From: the human T2T-CHM13v2.0 reference genome, Homo sapiens
Assembly (NCBI RefSeq): GCF_009914755.1
Contig: NC_060945.1
Reading direction: 5' to 3' (one strand)
Length of the DNA stretch: 64,000 nucleotides
In this document: piece after piece, positions 28,914 to 43,935 of the stretch
Layout: the number at the start of each line of letters is the position of its first letter
How positions within the stretch are numbered: position 1 is the stretch's first letter
Made by a program: the position numbers and the translations under genes
Notes under the pieces: model-generated
The model's input: only the letters and a program-made list of their open reading frames with translations
Databases searched by the model: none
Told to the model about the DNA's origin: nothing

Positions 28914-29183
28914 AAACACTAAAGGCAACACTAAAGGCAAACAAATAACCCATCTAACAAATCTTAGATGGAATAGAAATTCAACAGCTTCAATTGAGAT
29001 AGGAAGTCTTTGTGCACATGCGTGTGTATGTGTGTCTGTGTGTGTTTGTGTGTGTGTATGTTTTAAAAGTCACAGAGATAAAAGATAAACTTTTAATTTC
29101 TACAATGTATCAGCAATGTGGAGGGAAATGGGCATATAGCATGGGACAAAACAGAGAATCCCTTTCGGAAAAGGAAGAGATCA

Positions 29184-29575
<392 letters not shown>

Positions 29576-29576
<1 letters not shown>

Positions 29577-29638
29577 TATATATATATATATATGTGTATA
29601 TATACACACATATATATACACATATATATACACATATA

Positions 29639-29692
<54 letters not shown>
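29576..29692. repeat. (TA)n/(CA)n/(TG)n compound microsatellite in the Alu tail
   Basis: Seen directly; ends in ~20 perfect TA units. Confidence 0.95.
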
Positions 29693-29695
<3 letters not shown>

Positions 29696-31391
29696 CAGTG
29701 TAATAAAGCATAACTAAGGTTCAAAAGTACCAAAGGAGATCATGGAATCAAAAGTTAAGAAAAGTCTGTGAGCGTCTACAGAACAATAAACTCAGCCTCC
29801 AGGGTCAGGAGATGTGGCTAGAGAGAAAAGTAGAAGGCAGGTTATACTAACCTTGATGTATATTTGAAGCATGTTGATTTTGTTTTAAGAGGAATAAAAT
29901 GCATTATTTTGAGTAAAAATGTTTGTTAGATATGCAGTGTTAACTTTTTTCCATCATATTTCTATTTTATTTCAGTAATATCTTTGATAATTTTCCTATA
30001 TTTTCTTATCTTTGTGGAAGGTCTGTTGTTTCCTATTTTGAATGTTTTAGCAAAAAATGAAATCTCATTAGTGAGCTGATAGGATAAGATTATAAAGCTA
30101 AAATTTTTCTCTGTCAGCTTATGCTACTACAGCCACATATTCACTGGAATATGGATTTAGTTGTAAATTAGAATTAAAAGCAAGTATGTAAACCTCTTAA
30201 CATAGTGAGTGGTACCTATCACAAGTTTGGAATTCCAAAGTAAAATGACTTTCCATCTAAAACTTTATAATCTAACAGTAATCAGTTAACCATTATAATG
30301 AATGAAGGCATTGTTATACATTCAAGGGCCCAGCAATTTTAGTTCCTGAGAACCATTTTTGAAAAGCTGTAACAAAATAGTGTTTGACAAAAAAAAGTTA
30401 AAAAAAAAAAAACAAAGAAAGCAATTTGTGAGATCTGTGGGCAGAAAATTTAACCAGCTCAAAGAGATACAGGAGAGTAGTCATTAAGAAGAAACATGGA
30501 ATTGGTGAATTATTTAATGTGTTTTATTTTCTCTTTTCTCTTAGGAGAGGTGTTCTAATTTTCTAACTCAACAGAAATTTTCAAATTAATCAGTGTCATA
30601 TAAAAGGAAAAAAGTTTTAAAGAACAAGTAAATTATTAATTGAGTAAAAGAGAACGTTATGTAAGTCAGGAAAGGTAGTCATAAGTGATTTTATTATTTA
30701 CAATATTTGTACAATAATAATAAAAATACTGAATGTTGTTTCACACAAAGTTTCTAGTGTAAAGGTATTTGAAAAATAGAAGAGATCGTATTTGCAGTGG
30801 TATTGTGAGGTGATATCATAGGATACCTAAATTTTCTTTTCCTATAAATTCTGTCACTAGATAGGATTAAACAGTTTAGAATAAGGAGAAGATAATATTT
30901 TGGGTACATTAAATAGATAAAAATAAATAACATAAGAAAAATTTAAGAGTTAAAATTTGTTTAGTCTGACAAATCAAGGATAACTATGTATGTCAAGGAA
31001 ACTATTTTTGTAATAAGTCCTATAGTATTATTTGGCTATTTAAGCAACATTTATGTAAGCATTTTACTTTTAATTTAAAATCTATAGGAACATATTTAAT
31101 ATGTATTAATTATTTATTTAGAAGTTGAAGAAAAGTATTATCTCTATTTACAAAATAAAAAGTAGAGAAAACATACATGACTACTACCCAGGTTGTATTA
31201 ATCTTTGCTGATAAGACAAACAAATGAGAAACAAAAAAAGAAAGTTTGCCCAACTTGAGTATCTAATTTCATTGACTATGTGGTTTTTTTAAAATTATAA
31301 CTGGAAAAAGTTGAATTAAAATAAGGAGTCCTGGGTTTTTTTTTCCTTAAGGTACCATAGAAGTATTGATGGTTAATGTAAATATAGTTAA

Positions 31392-31394
<3 letters not shown>

Positions 31395-31438
<44 letters not shown>
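31395..31438. repeat. (CA)22 perfect microsatellite
   Basis: Seen directly. Confidence 0.95.
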
Positions 31439-31444
<6 letters not shown>

Positions 31445-33689
31445 TATACGCACATTATACTTCCATTGATTTCAAGTATATAGTTAGAGAAATTAGCTGC
31501 ATGGCTTATTGAAATTTGTTTTTTATTGCTTTGCATCAATTATCTTCATAACATTAGATGTGAATTAGTTTGATTAGTTTGATGAAATGTTCAGATTGAG
31601 ACACCTCAGGCATAAATCAAAATGGATTTAATTTAATTTCCATTTGTGATTTGATTAGAATCATATTGCAGCTAAACTTATGCAGATGGGCTAGAATTTA
31701 CACTGTTTTTATTATTACTTGAATAGCATTTTTAGAAAACCTAATCACTAAAAAAAAATTAAGTGACATTTAAAGAGCAAAATTTCCATATACCTACTGA
31801 TGGAACTCCTTGATTTTTCTGAAGAATATGTTTTATGCTTCATTTTTAAAATTTGATGTTTTTAGCATTGTTTCTGTATACCTGGAGTTCTATGACAGTG
31901 TGTATATATCCTATGATGATACATATTACAAAGTTGCAAGTGAAAATAATTCCAAGTACAAGAAAATAGATCAGATTTCAGGTATTATCAGTGTTTGACC
32001 ATGGTAATGTTTAAAATGCTCATTTATTTCATTTTTATTCTTAAAAGTCGAAATAATATATTATATTCTAAACAAACCTATGATTTAAATTTGCATTAGC
32101 TAAGCGATGGAAGTAATCTTGGGAAACATTCTTTACCCTAAAGAAAATCATTATAGTGAAGATTTTCAGGATAATTTGAAGTTCCCAGAAGGTGATAAAG
32201 GTATACTTTTTTCCTAACTTTTAACTCTCTTCCTAGACCACAGGGCAGAAAATAAACATCCATGAATACAATTATAAGGTCTATCAAGAGAATAAATAAT
32301 ATATTTGCAATAAGTTTAAATATTCTAAACCGTGAGGAAAAAGTTTAAATATTTTACTTTTAAAAATAGTATTTCTGAGGGAGGTTGTTATGTATCTGTT
32401 TAATTCTAACAGTTATTATAGGTAATTATTTTTTAACAAAGATCTATTTCGAAGAATAAAGACATGTTCTTCCTGAGTGCAAATATGGCACAAGTTCAGT
32501 TTCTATCCACATAATGCTCCCAGTCATATCTCTCAAGGGATTTTCATCTTAATGATAAAATGCTAATTTATAATATGAATTCTTTCTTTATGAAGCAGCT
32601 CTATGACCTACTCCCTAAGAATTTTAATTAGAACAAGGCAACTTGTATGTTTCAAAAAGAGGAAAATTGTATATTCAGTGGCAACATAACTAATGCTATT
32701 GTTGTTCCTATTTGCTCTGTGTGTGTGTATGTGTGTGTGTGTGTATGTGTTTTGGTTGTTTATTTCAATGCTATTGGAATTCAATTTTTAAGTTCAGGTA
32801 AGTATTAATTCAACAACAAATCATTGAATATGATAGACAGTAGTCTCATATAATTTTATCCAACATATTCACTTGCTTATGAGTAGAATTATTATTATGT
32901 AGTAGACAAATCTATACACGAGAAACACTTCCCTAAAAACCTATAAAATATCTTAATAGCAATTTTAATTTCGTGAATATTTTTACATATAATTTAGTTA
33001 ATCTAGCAATTAAAATCAATTTCTTTTTTAGTTTAGATCAACCGTTGATAATTTTCAAATCTTTTTCATAGGTCAATATTTAGAAAAATAAAAGAGTTGG
33101 TTTAATTCCCTTATATGTATTTACACATTCCCTTTTACTTACTAGTGGCAAAATATAAGCAGAATCATTATATCTGAGAACTGCTGAAAAGTTAGCCCCA
33201 CTCTAACGTATTAAGTCTCCGCCGAGACTTAAATTTTTCCCTACTAGTCAGTACAGAAATTTAATTTTAACTCAAATATTTGTAAGTAATTTGGTTTTGA
33301 TGTATCAAAGTGAATATTTGGGTAAGATAGTCTAGTTCTTCAGAATCAAGTTTCTAATGAAAATACACAGATAATAAAAATTAGCAATGGTTTCAAATGT
33401 AAAAGGTAAGAATGCCTGACTCTAAACTGATGTAGCTAGTTTTTGTTTTTGTTTTTGTTTTTTAACAACATCAGCGATGAAAACAACAGGAGCATCAAAT
33501 AAGACTGGTATGATTTTCATTCCCAACTTTATATTTAGGACAGTAAAATGTCACTCACTTGAGTGAGAGATGATCGGCAAGGATAACAAATCTATTAGAA
33601 AGTCCCATTAGAGTTCTACAACCGGCAACAGTCAGACTTCATTTAACTTCGACGTATTAGCCACATTAAATTCTCATAGTCTTATGAAC

Positions 33690-33850
33690 TTAATAGTTCA
33701 TTAATCTGTTGAGCGCAGTTCTATTTCAATGTGAAGTATGGGAATCCAAACATGAAACAGGCACCGACTCTGTCCTCGAGGATCTCAGAGGTTAATAGAG
33801 GAGACAGACACCTCTTTAACTGGATTTTAGTATTATGTGATGAATGAAAT
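33690..33850 (-). mobile_element. L2 3'-end fragment
   Basis: ttcattaatctgttgagc...ctgtcctcgaggatctcagag...gaggagacagac resembles the antisense L2 terminus. Confidence 0.5.
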
Positions 33851-34364
33851 AATAGGAACATGTATAAAATACAGCAGAGAAGGACAAAAGGGATATTTAG
33901 AGACTTAGATAAATGTGTTTGCCTTTTACCATGGCAATAACAATTATAGCTATAAATACATAAGTAATCATAATACATTGGATACTTAAAATATTTTGTT
34001 ATACCCAAAAGATAGAGGTACTTAAAAACATGCTTTACCATTATAGATAGTACAGAGAAAATGAACACTTAAGCTTTTGCTAAACACTTAACATTCAATG
34101 AGGAACACAAAATGATCTAAATCAAAGATATTTATTTTTCATATTATTGGCATATTAAGATTACAGAATGACATTAGTAATTCAATGGATATTTTTAATG
34201 GATTTCATATGTTAATAGTGTGAAAACTTGACTTACATAGGAATTATGATAGAAATAGAAAGTATTTCAGCTGTAAATGAGGTAAGTGCCTGAAAACCTT
34301 GGTGGTAGGTACTTGTAGAATGATGGTGTCACATTTCCAGTTGTCATGTCAGAGATCTTAGATT

Positions 34365-34550
34365 GGATGTGTAGCGCTGTCATATGACTGATATGTAGTC
34401 TTTACAATGTCAATTATTCATTCTCTGGGTCTCTCTACCTATGTTTGAAGTCATATATTTCTCCATATAATTGTGAGAAATAAAGATCAATGTTTGTTGA
34501 AAGCATTTAGCTAGATTCTGGTACACAACTGGTTCTTAATAAGTTTACAT
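34365..34550 (+). mobile_element. MIR fragment
   Basis: ttctctgggtctc...ttgtgagaaataaa...aaagcatttag...ctggtacaca...cttaataag. Confidence 0.5.
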
Positions 34551-34895
34551 TGACTTGAATTATGATAAAACTCTACTAGGTCTATATGTTTGGATTTGCA
34601 ATTATGTGGAAAGACATATATATTTTAAATTTTAACACACATTTCAAATAACATTTATTAATTTTTGTGTTATGCATATTCACATGTCAAAAACAAGTGA
34701 AAAATACTTTGTCATTGTATTTATTTTAGTGTGCTGAAAGTAGAATTAACCAAATTTTATGATGCAAAGTTCTCCGTTATTAATAGGCTATGATTAGTGC
34801 ATATGATGTAAAATCTTATTGTATCACGTATTCCTTTTATTATACGATTATTGACTCATTGAAATTAGATGAAAGGGAATATTATATTTGCTTTC

Positions 34896-35264
34896 TGCTG
34901 TGGTTTGAAGCCTCATCCAAAACTCATATTGAATTTTAATTGATATTGTGGTAGAATTAAAACACAGAGCCATTAAGGAGTGATTAGGCTTTAAATGTTC
35001 CACCCTTACAAGTATATTAAAGTTGTTATTTTAAGAATGTGTTGTCATAAAAGTGAGTTTGACATTCTTTCTCCACTTCTCTCTCATGCTTTCCTTCCCT
35101 TCTGCCTTCCAACATGGGATGACAAAGCACAATGGGCCTTAATAGGCAGTGCCATGCTCTTGGACTTCTCAGCCTCTAGAACCGTGAGCCAAATACATTT
35201 TTAATGTTTATAAATTACCCACTCTGTGATAGTCTGTTACAGCAGCAGAAAATGGACTAAGACA
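34896..35264 (+). mobile_element. MaLR solo LTR (MSTC/MSTD-like)
   Basis: tgctgtggtttgaa...gccatgctcttggacttctcagcctctagaaccgtgagccaaata...gaaaatggactaagaca. Confidence 0.85.
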
Positions 35265-35619
35265 CTGGTCTTCCTAGGTTTTTTGTTTTCCTTGCAATTT
35301 ACTAAAAGTTAACAGAAATGATCAGATTCGGGAAAAATAGAACACAACTAATTTGTATTCAGACATGTTCTTCTGTTTCTGCTTTCATTGCAGAAAGTTT
35401 AACAGAGTTTTGACAGATACAGTTATATGCCTGTGGTTGAAGTCACAGTAGCTCTGTCTGCTAAGCAAATTTATGTATGTCAAATGTCTTATCCTGCCCA
35501 GCTCAATACATGCAATAACATCCTGAAATGAATTTAGTCATTTCATTTCAAATGAGAATTTCTGAATCATATCTATTCTCCTGAGGTTGTTTCAGAATCT
35601 TCCTCTTATTTGAAATTAC

Positions 35620-36955
<1,336 letters not shown>

Positions 36956-38033
36956 TTTCTTTAATATCTTGAATTTTTATTTGAGTTAACATAGTATTTC
37001 ATGCTATTTCATTATTCTAAGGTAAATCAAGCATATTAGAATTTATGTGACTACCTTCTCTCAAATCAAGATAGGTGAAAAATATACTGCAGTAAAGCAT
37101 AGTTAGGTTTTGAATTCATTTTTTAATCAATTTGCGAGGTTGAACAACTGTTCTTTACAACATTAAGAAACTTATTCTAAATTTTTCATTTGATGTCACA
37201 GGCGGGTCCCATAATTTATCAATTTATATTTTTCTTAAAGTGTGCATGGATTGCATCAGAGAGATTTCCAGCATATAATCAATTTCCTAGGAATCAACTT
37301 CTCTATTTTTCCATGAAGTAAAGACTTCTGTTTTACCAAAAATATCCGTAAAATAATAAAATAAAAAGAGTAAGCAATTCTTAGTCCAAATGGAAAATAT
37401 TAACACAACATTTTGAGAATTTGGTACGTATTAGAATCCATCCACATATATCTAGAATGTTCTCTTTACACTACCCTAATCTTCAAGAGAAGTTTAGGCA
37501 TTCTTTTTAAGTCTTTTCAGTTTTAATTGTTCTTAACTACCACATTCTTTTTCTATATATTTTCACTGCTAAAATAAATGTTAACTATTTATACTCAACT
37601 GCATATCAACAACTTAATTTGTTTAATTCATTTATTTTAATAACTTTTACCTCTTTTTAAGAGTGGATGTTGGTTTTAAACAATAAGTCCTGGTAATACT
37701 TTTCTTCACACATGATGTCTGTATAGCACTATTAATAACTTGAGATAATAACTAAGTTGCTCTATTATCATCATTATTCCTACTCCCCTATGGAGCTATT
37801 AAAAATTTTTGAAAAGATAAAAAATGTATTTGGTGAGGTCGAGTAAAACATAATAGACTTTTTTAGTGAAGAGATGCATCCAAGTTTGACTATGTGGCTA
37901 TCAACTTTTCCAGCATTTCTAATCTACCAAAAAGAAGACACGGTGTGTTTACATTTTATTGAATGGGAGATGTAATTATACAACTGCTGTTACCTGTTAA
38001 ACTACTCTTCACTTGTGAAAAGGCAAATGCTAG

Positions 38034-38861
38034 TGATAGAGAAAGGGGGCAGGGAAGTGCTGGGAGGAGAAGGGTGGGTCCCTGGTGAGGGCTCCACTCT
38101 CAAGCCTATGCCCACAGACCTAGGTGACTACAGGCACTCTTGTCTTTGGGCCCAAATATTGCATTTCCCAAGACCACCCTGGTCCACCACACCCCTATCC
38201 TGTGCCTTAAAAACCTCAAGACCCTAGAGGGCACACACACAGTGGCTGGACATTGAGAGGAACACACTAGTTGAAGAAGGCACAAGAAGCTGGACATCAA
38301 GAGGAATGCATCAGCGTTAAGAGCACACTGACAGATGCTGGCAGGCCAGCAGGCCATTGACCACAGGAATGACAAAATGTTTGGCCTGGGCAGTCAGAGG
38401 AGAGTCTGGCTGCTAAGTGGCCTGATCCCAGGGGAATACCATGTTCCCACTCCATCTCCCTTCTGGCTCCCCCATCTGCTGAGAGCTACTTCCACTTAAT
38501 AAAACCTTGCACTCATTCTGCAAGGCCACGTGTGATCCTATTCTTTTAGTAGTACACCAAGGCAAGAAACCCTGGGATACAGAAAGTCCTCTGTCCTTGC
38601 AATAAGGCAGGGCATCTAATTGAGCTGATTAACACAAGCCACCTACGGATGGCAAAATTAAAAGTGCACCCTGTAACACACGCCCACTGGGGCTTCAGGA
38701 GCTATAACCATTCACCCTTAGACGCTGCCACAGGGTCAGAGCCCCAGAGCCTGCCAGTTTGTATGCTCCCCCTAGAGGTTTGAGCAGTGGGGCACTGAAA
38801 AAACAAGCCACACCCCGATTGCATGCCTTGCGAGGGGGACAAGGGAACTTTTATCATTTCA
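38034..38861 (+). mobile_element. ERV1 solo LTR, LTR1 family (LTR1A-like)
   Basis: TG...CA, 828 bp; ggcagggaagtgctggg...gtccctggtgagggctccac; AATAAA near 38498; 4-bp TSD ctag/ctaa. Confidence 0.85.
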
Positions 38862-39154
38862 CTAATAGTTGTAGAATACAACAGTAATGTTAATAGATTC
38901 AAAACTGTGTATTTTTTTAGGAGTTGAAGAGAGCAAAAGGCTAAAAATGCAAAGAGCAACATTCTTCTCATTATAGCTTTGAGTGTTGCAGGAGAGTTGT
39001 TGACATTCCTTGAACAGATTAAAGATCTGTATTAAATATTAGTCATAGAGGTGTATTAGAGTCATATTTTATTTCTGACACAGAATGCACCAATAAACCA
39101 GGAACACAGTATGCACAAGGGGGTGGTAAGTGCTCTCGGATGTCAAAGGGGTAC

Positions 39155-41444
39155 TGTATTAGTCCCTTTTCATGCTCCTGATAAAGACATACCTGAGACT
39201 GGGCCAATTTACAAAAGAAAGAGCTTTAATTGGAGTTAGAGTTCCACGTGACTAGGAAAGTCTCTCAATCATGGTAGAAGGCAAGGAGGAGCAAGTCACG
39301 TCCTACATAGATGGTAGCAAGCAAAGAGAGCTTGCTCAGGAAAACTCCCCTGTATAATAACCATCAGATCTCAAGAGACTTACTGTCAGGAGAACAGCAT
39401 GGGAAAGACCTGCCCCCATGATTCAATTACCTCCCACCGGGTGCCTCCCACAACATGTTTAAAGATGAGATTTGGATGGGGACACAGCCAAACCATATCA
39501 CTCCACCCCTGGTCCCTTCCAAACCTCATTTCCTCACATTTCAAACCCCATCATGCCTTCCCAACAATCACCCAGAGTTTCAACTCATTTCAGCATTAAC
39601 TCAAAAGTCCACATAGTCCAAAGTCCCATCTGAGACAAGGCAAGCCTCTTCTGCCTATGAGCCTATAAAATCAAAAGCAAGTTAGTTACTTCCTAGAGAC
39701 AATGGAGGTACAGGCATTGGATAAACACAGCCATTCCAAATGGGAGACATTGGCCAAAACAAAGGGGTTACAGGCCCCATGCAAGTCCAAAATCCAGGAG
39801 GGCAGTCAAATCTTAAAGCTCCAAAATGATCTCCTTTGACTCCATGTCTCACATCCAGGTCACGCTGATGCAAGAGGAGGGTACCCATGGTTTTAGGCAG
39901 CTCCACCATTGTGGTTCTGCAGGATAGAGCCTCCCTCCCAGCTGCTTTCATGGGTTGGTGTTGAGTGTCTATGGCTTCTCCAGGCACACGGTGCAAGCTG
40001 TAGGTGCAAGCTGTAGGTGGATCTACCATTCTGGGATCTGGAGGACAGTGGCCCACTTCTCACAGCTCCACTAGGCAGTGCCCCAGTAGGGACTCCGTGT
40101 GGGGGTTCCAACCCCACATTTCCCTTCCACACTGCCCTGTCAGAGGTTCTCCATGAGAACTCTGTCCCTGCAGCAAACTTTTGCCTGGACATCCAGGCGT
40201 TTCCACACGTCCTCTGAAATCTAGGTTCCCAAACCTCAATTCTTGACTATTGTGTACCCACAGGCTCAACACCATGTGGAAGCTGCCAAGGTTTGGGGTT
40301 TGCACCCTCTGAAGCCATGGCCCGAGCTGTACCTTGGCCCCTTTTAGTCATGGCTGGAGTGGCTGGGATGCAGGGCACCAAGACCCTAGGTTGTGCACAG
40401 CATGGGGACCCTGACTCTGGCACACAGAATCATTTTTTTCTCCTAGGTTTCAGGGCCTGTGATGAGAGGAGCTGCCATGAAGACCTCTGACATGCTCTGG
40501 AGAGATTTTCCCCATGTCTTGAGGATTATCACTGGGCTCCTAGTTACCTATGCAAATTTCTGAAGCTGGCTTGAATTTCACCTCAGAAAATGGGATTTTC
40601 TTTTCTATCACATTGTCAGGCTGCAAATTTTCCAAACTTTTATGCTGTATTTCCCTTTTAAAACTGAATGCCTTTAACAGCACCCAAGTCACCTCTTGAA
40701 TGCTTTGCTGCTTAGAAATTTCTTCTGCCAGATACCCTAAATCATCTCTCTCAATTTCAAAGTTCCACAGATCTCTAGGGCAGGGGAAGAAATGCTTCCA
40801 GTCTCTTTGCTAAAACATAACAAGAGTCACCTCTGCTCTAGTTCCCATTAAGTTCCTATTCTCCATCTGAGGCCACCTCAGCCTGGACCTTATTGTCCAT
40901 ATCACTATCAGCATTTTTGTCAAAGTCATTCAACAAGTCTCTAGGACATTCCAAACTGTCCTACATTTTCCTGTCTTCTTCTGAATCCTCCAAACTGTTC
41001 CAACCTCTGCCTGTTACCCAATTCCAAAGTCACTTCCACATTTTTGGGTATCTTTTCAGCAACGCCCCTCTCTACTGGTACCAATTTACTGTATTAGTCC
41101 ATTTTCACATTGCTGATAGAGACATACCTGCGACTGGGCAACTGTACAAAAAAAAGAGGTTTAATTGGACTTACAGTTCCACATGGCTGGGGAAACCTCA
41201 TAATCACGGTGAAAGGCAAGGAGGAGCAAGTCACGTCTTACATGGATGGCAGCAAGCAAAAAGAGCTTGTGCAGGAAAACTTCCCGTTATAATAACCATC
41301 AGATCTCATGAGTCTTACTCACTATCATGAGAAAAGCACAGGAAAGACCTGCCCCAATGATTCAATTACCTCCCACCAAGTCACTTCCACATCATGTAGG
41401 AATTAAAGATGAGATTTGAGTGGGGACACAGCCAAACTATATCA
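39155..41444 (-). mobile_element. Complete THE1A-like MaLR element (LTRs 39155-39500 and 41090-41444, ~1.6 kb internal region)
   Basis: Two direct LTRs tgtattagtcc...aaac(c/t)atatca; perfect 5-bp TSD ggtac (39150-39154 / 41445-41449); THE1-internal sequence; polypurine tract on the minus strand next to 39501; short LTR variant typical of THE1A. Confidence 0.95.
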
Positions 41445-42172
41445 GGTACATTTCTCAAGGAAGGGCATGGCTGACAACTAGAGGTTATTTACTGAGAACT
41501 CCTTTGGAAGAAAGGATTTAGTAAACATCTCCACTTGGATATGGAAAATTACCTCAGACCTCACAAAAAACCATCAGAAAAAAAGTGTATTGCTTCAGAG
41601 ATTCATGCAAAGAAATATGTGGTCCTTCCAGTGAAAAGAAATTAGTTTCCCCATAGACCTTACAGCTTTATCTGAACATAGTTTTGTCTGGATACAAGTG
41701 AGAGTTCATTAATGGAGGGGTCTTGTACAGATAACTGTAGCACGATTCTCTTCTCCAGAGAATTGTAGCCACATAATTGTGCCATGGAAGCAGTTGGTCA
41801 TGCTTATGGTGATGTGTGAAACTTGGGACATTTGAGAGAGTGAATAAATCCTAGAGCAATTTAGTGATCAGGTAATCTAGCACTCAAACTATACTCTAGG
41901 GAGTAAAAGAGGGACCATTACAATTAATGATTATGCTGGAACAATTTCTAAAAAAAAAAAAAAAATCCCAGAAGTATCCTGGGAAAGCTGTAATCTATAT
42001 GAACTCTAAATTTGAAACATGGTTTATTCAATGCAAGATGGCATGTAATGTTTAAACCAGAATAATCTTTATGAATTCAGTAAAATATATGTGTAGCAAA
42101 CCAGCCCAGGAAACTTCTAAACATAGCACACACTTAACTTCTGTCTTTATAATTATATAGCCTCAAACCAGG

Positions 42173-42542
42173 TGCTATAGTCCAGATGTTTGTCCCATTG
42201 AAATGTTATGTTGAATTTTGTCCCCAGTGTTGGAGGCAGAGCCTAATGGTAGGTGTTTGGATCATGGAGTTGGATGCCTCATGAATAGAATAATGTTCTC
42301 CATGAGGGGGTGGTGAGTGAATTCTCATTCTATTTGTTCATGTGAGAGGTGGTTGTTAAAAAGATCCTGGAACTTCTCTCCCCTCTCTCTTTTGTTTTTT
42401 TCTTTCCGCATGTGATCTCTGTACTTTGGCTCCCTTTCACCTTCTGCCATGAGAAGAAGCAGCTGGAGGCCCCCACCAGAAGCCCAGCGGATGTCAGTGT
42501 CATACTTCTTGTACAGCTTGCCAAACCATGAGCCTAATAAAA
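42173..42542 (+). mobile_element. MSTB-like LTR, 3'-truncated after AATAAA
   Basis: tgctatagt...gtgtttggatcatgg...cttcttgtacagcttgccaaaccatgagcctaataaa. Confidence 0.8.
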
Positions 42543-43481
42543 CTCACAGAAAATGTCCTCCTGGAATATTGCTTAGCTGCTGTTGTGGCTCACATGTATG
42601 GAAAAACAAACACTCTGATACTCAAAATAGCGGATGGAAATTAGCTTGGTATTCAAGTCTTGATATGGAACTGGGAGAAATTATACTAGAGGTCAATGGG
42701 AAAAGACTCAAACATTACATAATGGATCTATTAGAATAGCTTTCAATTTAAAAATTGCTATAGAAAGGTAATGGAGTGACAGGGTAGTACATCAAGCCAA
42801 CATTTTAAAATACTAGAGAACTAGAATGAAACATATTACCTCAAACCAGAATACTGAGTGTTACAACAAAATAAAAGAAGTGACCAGTTCACTTTGTCAG
42901 TGGGGAACTACTGGGAGAAGAATCACGAGCAAAAGGAAGGTGAGACACAAGCTATTTCTTCAAAGAGATTATGTAATTTCCAAATCTCAGAGTTGGGTTT
43001 GGCATGTAACATTTCACCAGAGAAGCACGTGAGTGTTTTTCTCAAAGCATTAGTTTTTAGTCTACATCATTCAACCTTGATGACTCAAGTATCAAAATAT
43101 ATCGTCAAAAGAATGACTTCATATATGGGAGATGGATAACTGAGGGTACAGGGAGCTCTTAGCTTTCTAATTCAGGTAACTAATTGTAGGTACTGAGAAA
43201 TATAACTGATAGTTGTATTGACTTAATATAAACTACACATGGTTTGGGAGAAAATTTGCATTATGGTTTTATGCTCCTTGTTGAGTGAACACTGTAGTAT
43301 AAACTCTAAAGCTACTCTTTTTGCAGGAGTGCAGTTAGTTTTGAGTGACCATTTTTTCAAAGACCTAAAATTTCAATAAGGAAATTATTTGACAATAATT
43401 TATCTACTACATCCCCTACCACCACTCTTGGCTATAACATGCAGCAATCAGCTTGGTACTTTTCTGGAAAGCACTGAAAAT

Positions 43482-43540
43482 AATATATATATATAATATT
43501 TATATATTATATATATTTTAAAATATTATATATATTTTAA
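43482..43540. repeat. AT-only / (TA)n low-complexity tract
   Basis: Seen directly. Confidence 0.8.
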
Positions 43541-43568
43541 AGTGTGTATCTGTGTTTGTGGGAGGGGT

Positions 43569-43935
43569 TGTCTTTGTACTTTTGGGCTGCTATAGCAAAC
43601 ATAGGATAAACTGGGTGGCTTATCAATGAGATAAATGTATTTTTCATAGACCTGGAGGCTAGAAAATCCAAAAATAAGGCACTGTCAGATTCAGCATCTA
43701 GTCAGAGCACCCTTTCTGTTTCATAGACGGCCATGTTTTCACTGTGTCCTCACATGGCAAGGGCGTGAAAGATTGCTCTTTGACCACTTTCAAAAAGAGC
43801 ACTAATCCAGTTCGTGAGGAATCCACCTTTATGAATTAATCAGTTCCCATAAGTTTCATTTCCAAATATCATCACATTGAGGGTTAGGTTTTGACATACA
43901 CATTTTAGGGGAATACATACATTCAGTCTATAATA
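43569..43935 (-). mobile_element. MLT1A-like solo LTR
   Basis: gggctgctatagcaaa...actgggtggctta...ctgtgtcctcacatggc...acattcagtctata. Confidence 0.8.

Noticed and set aside
33211-33232. Perfect hairpin ttaagtctc-cgcc-gagacttaa
   Set aside because: A 9-bp stem is roughly expected by chance in 64 kb of AT-rich DNA; no RNA-gene context.
39399-41330. Overlapping 60-145 aa ORFs
   Set aside because: All lie within the THE1 element; no intact gag-like ORF.
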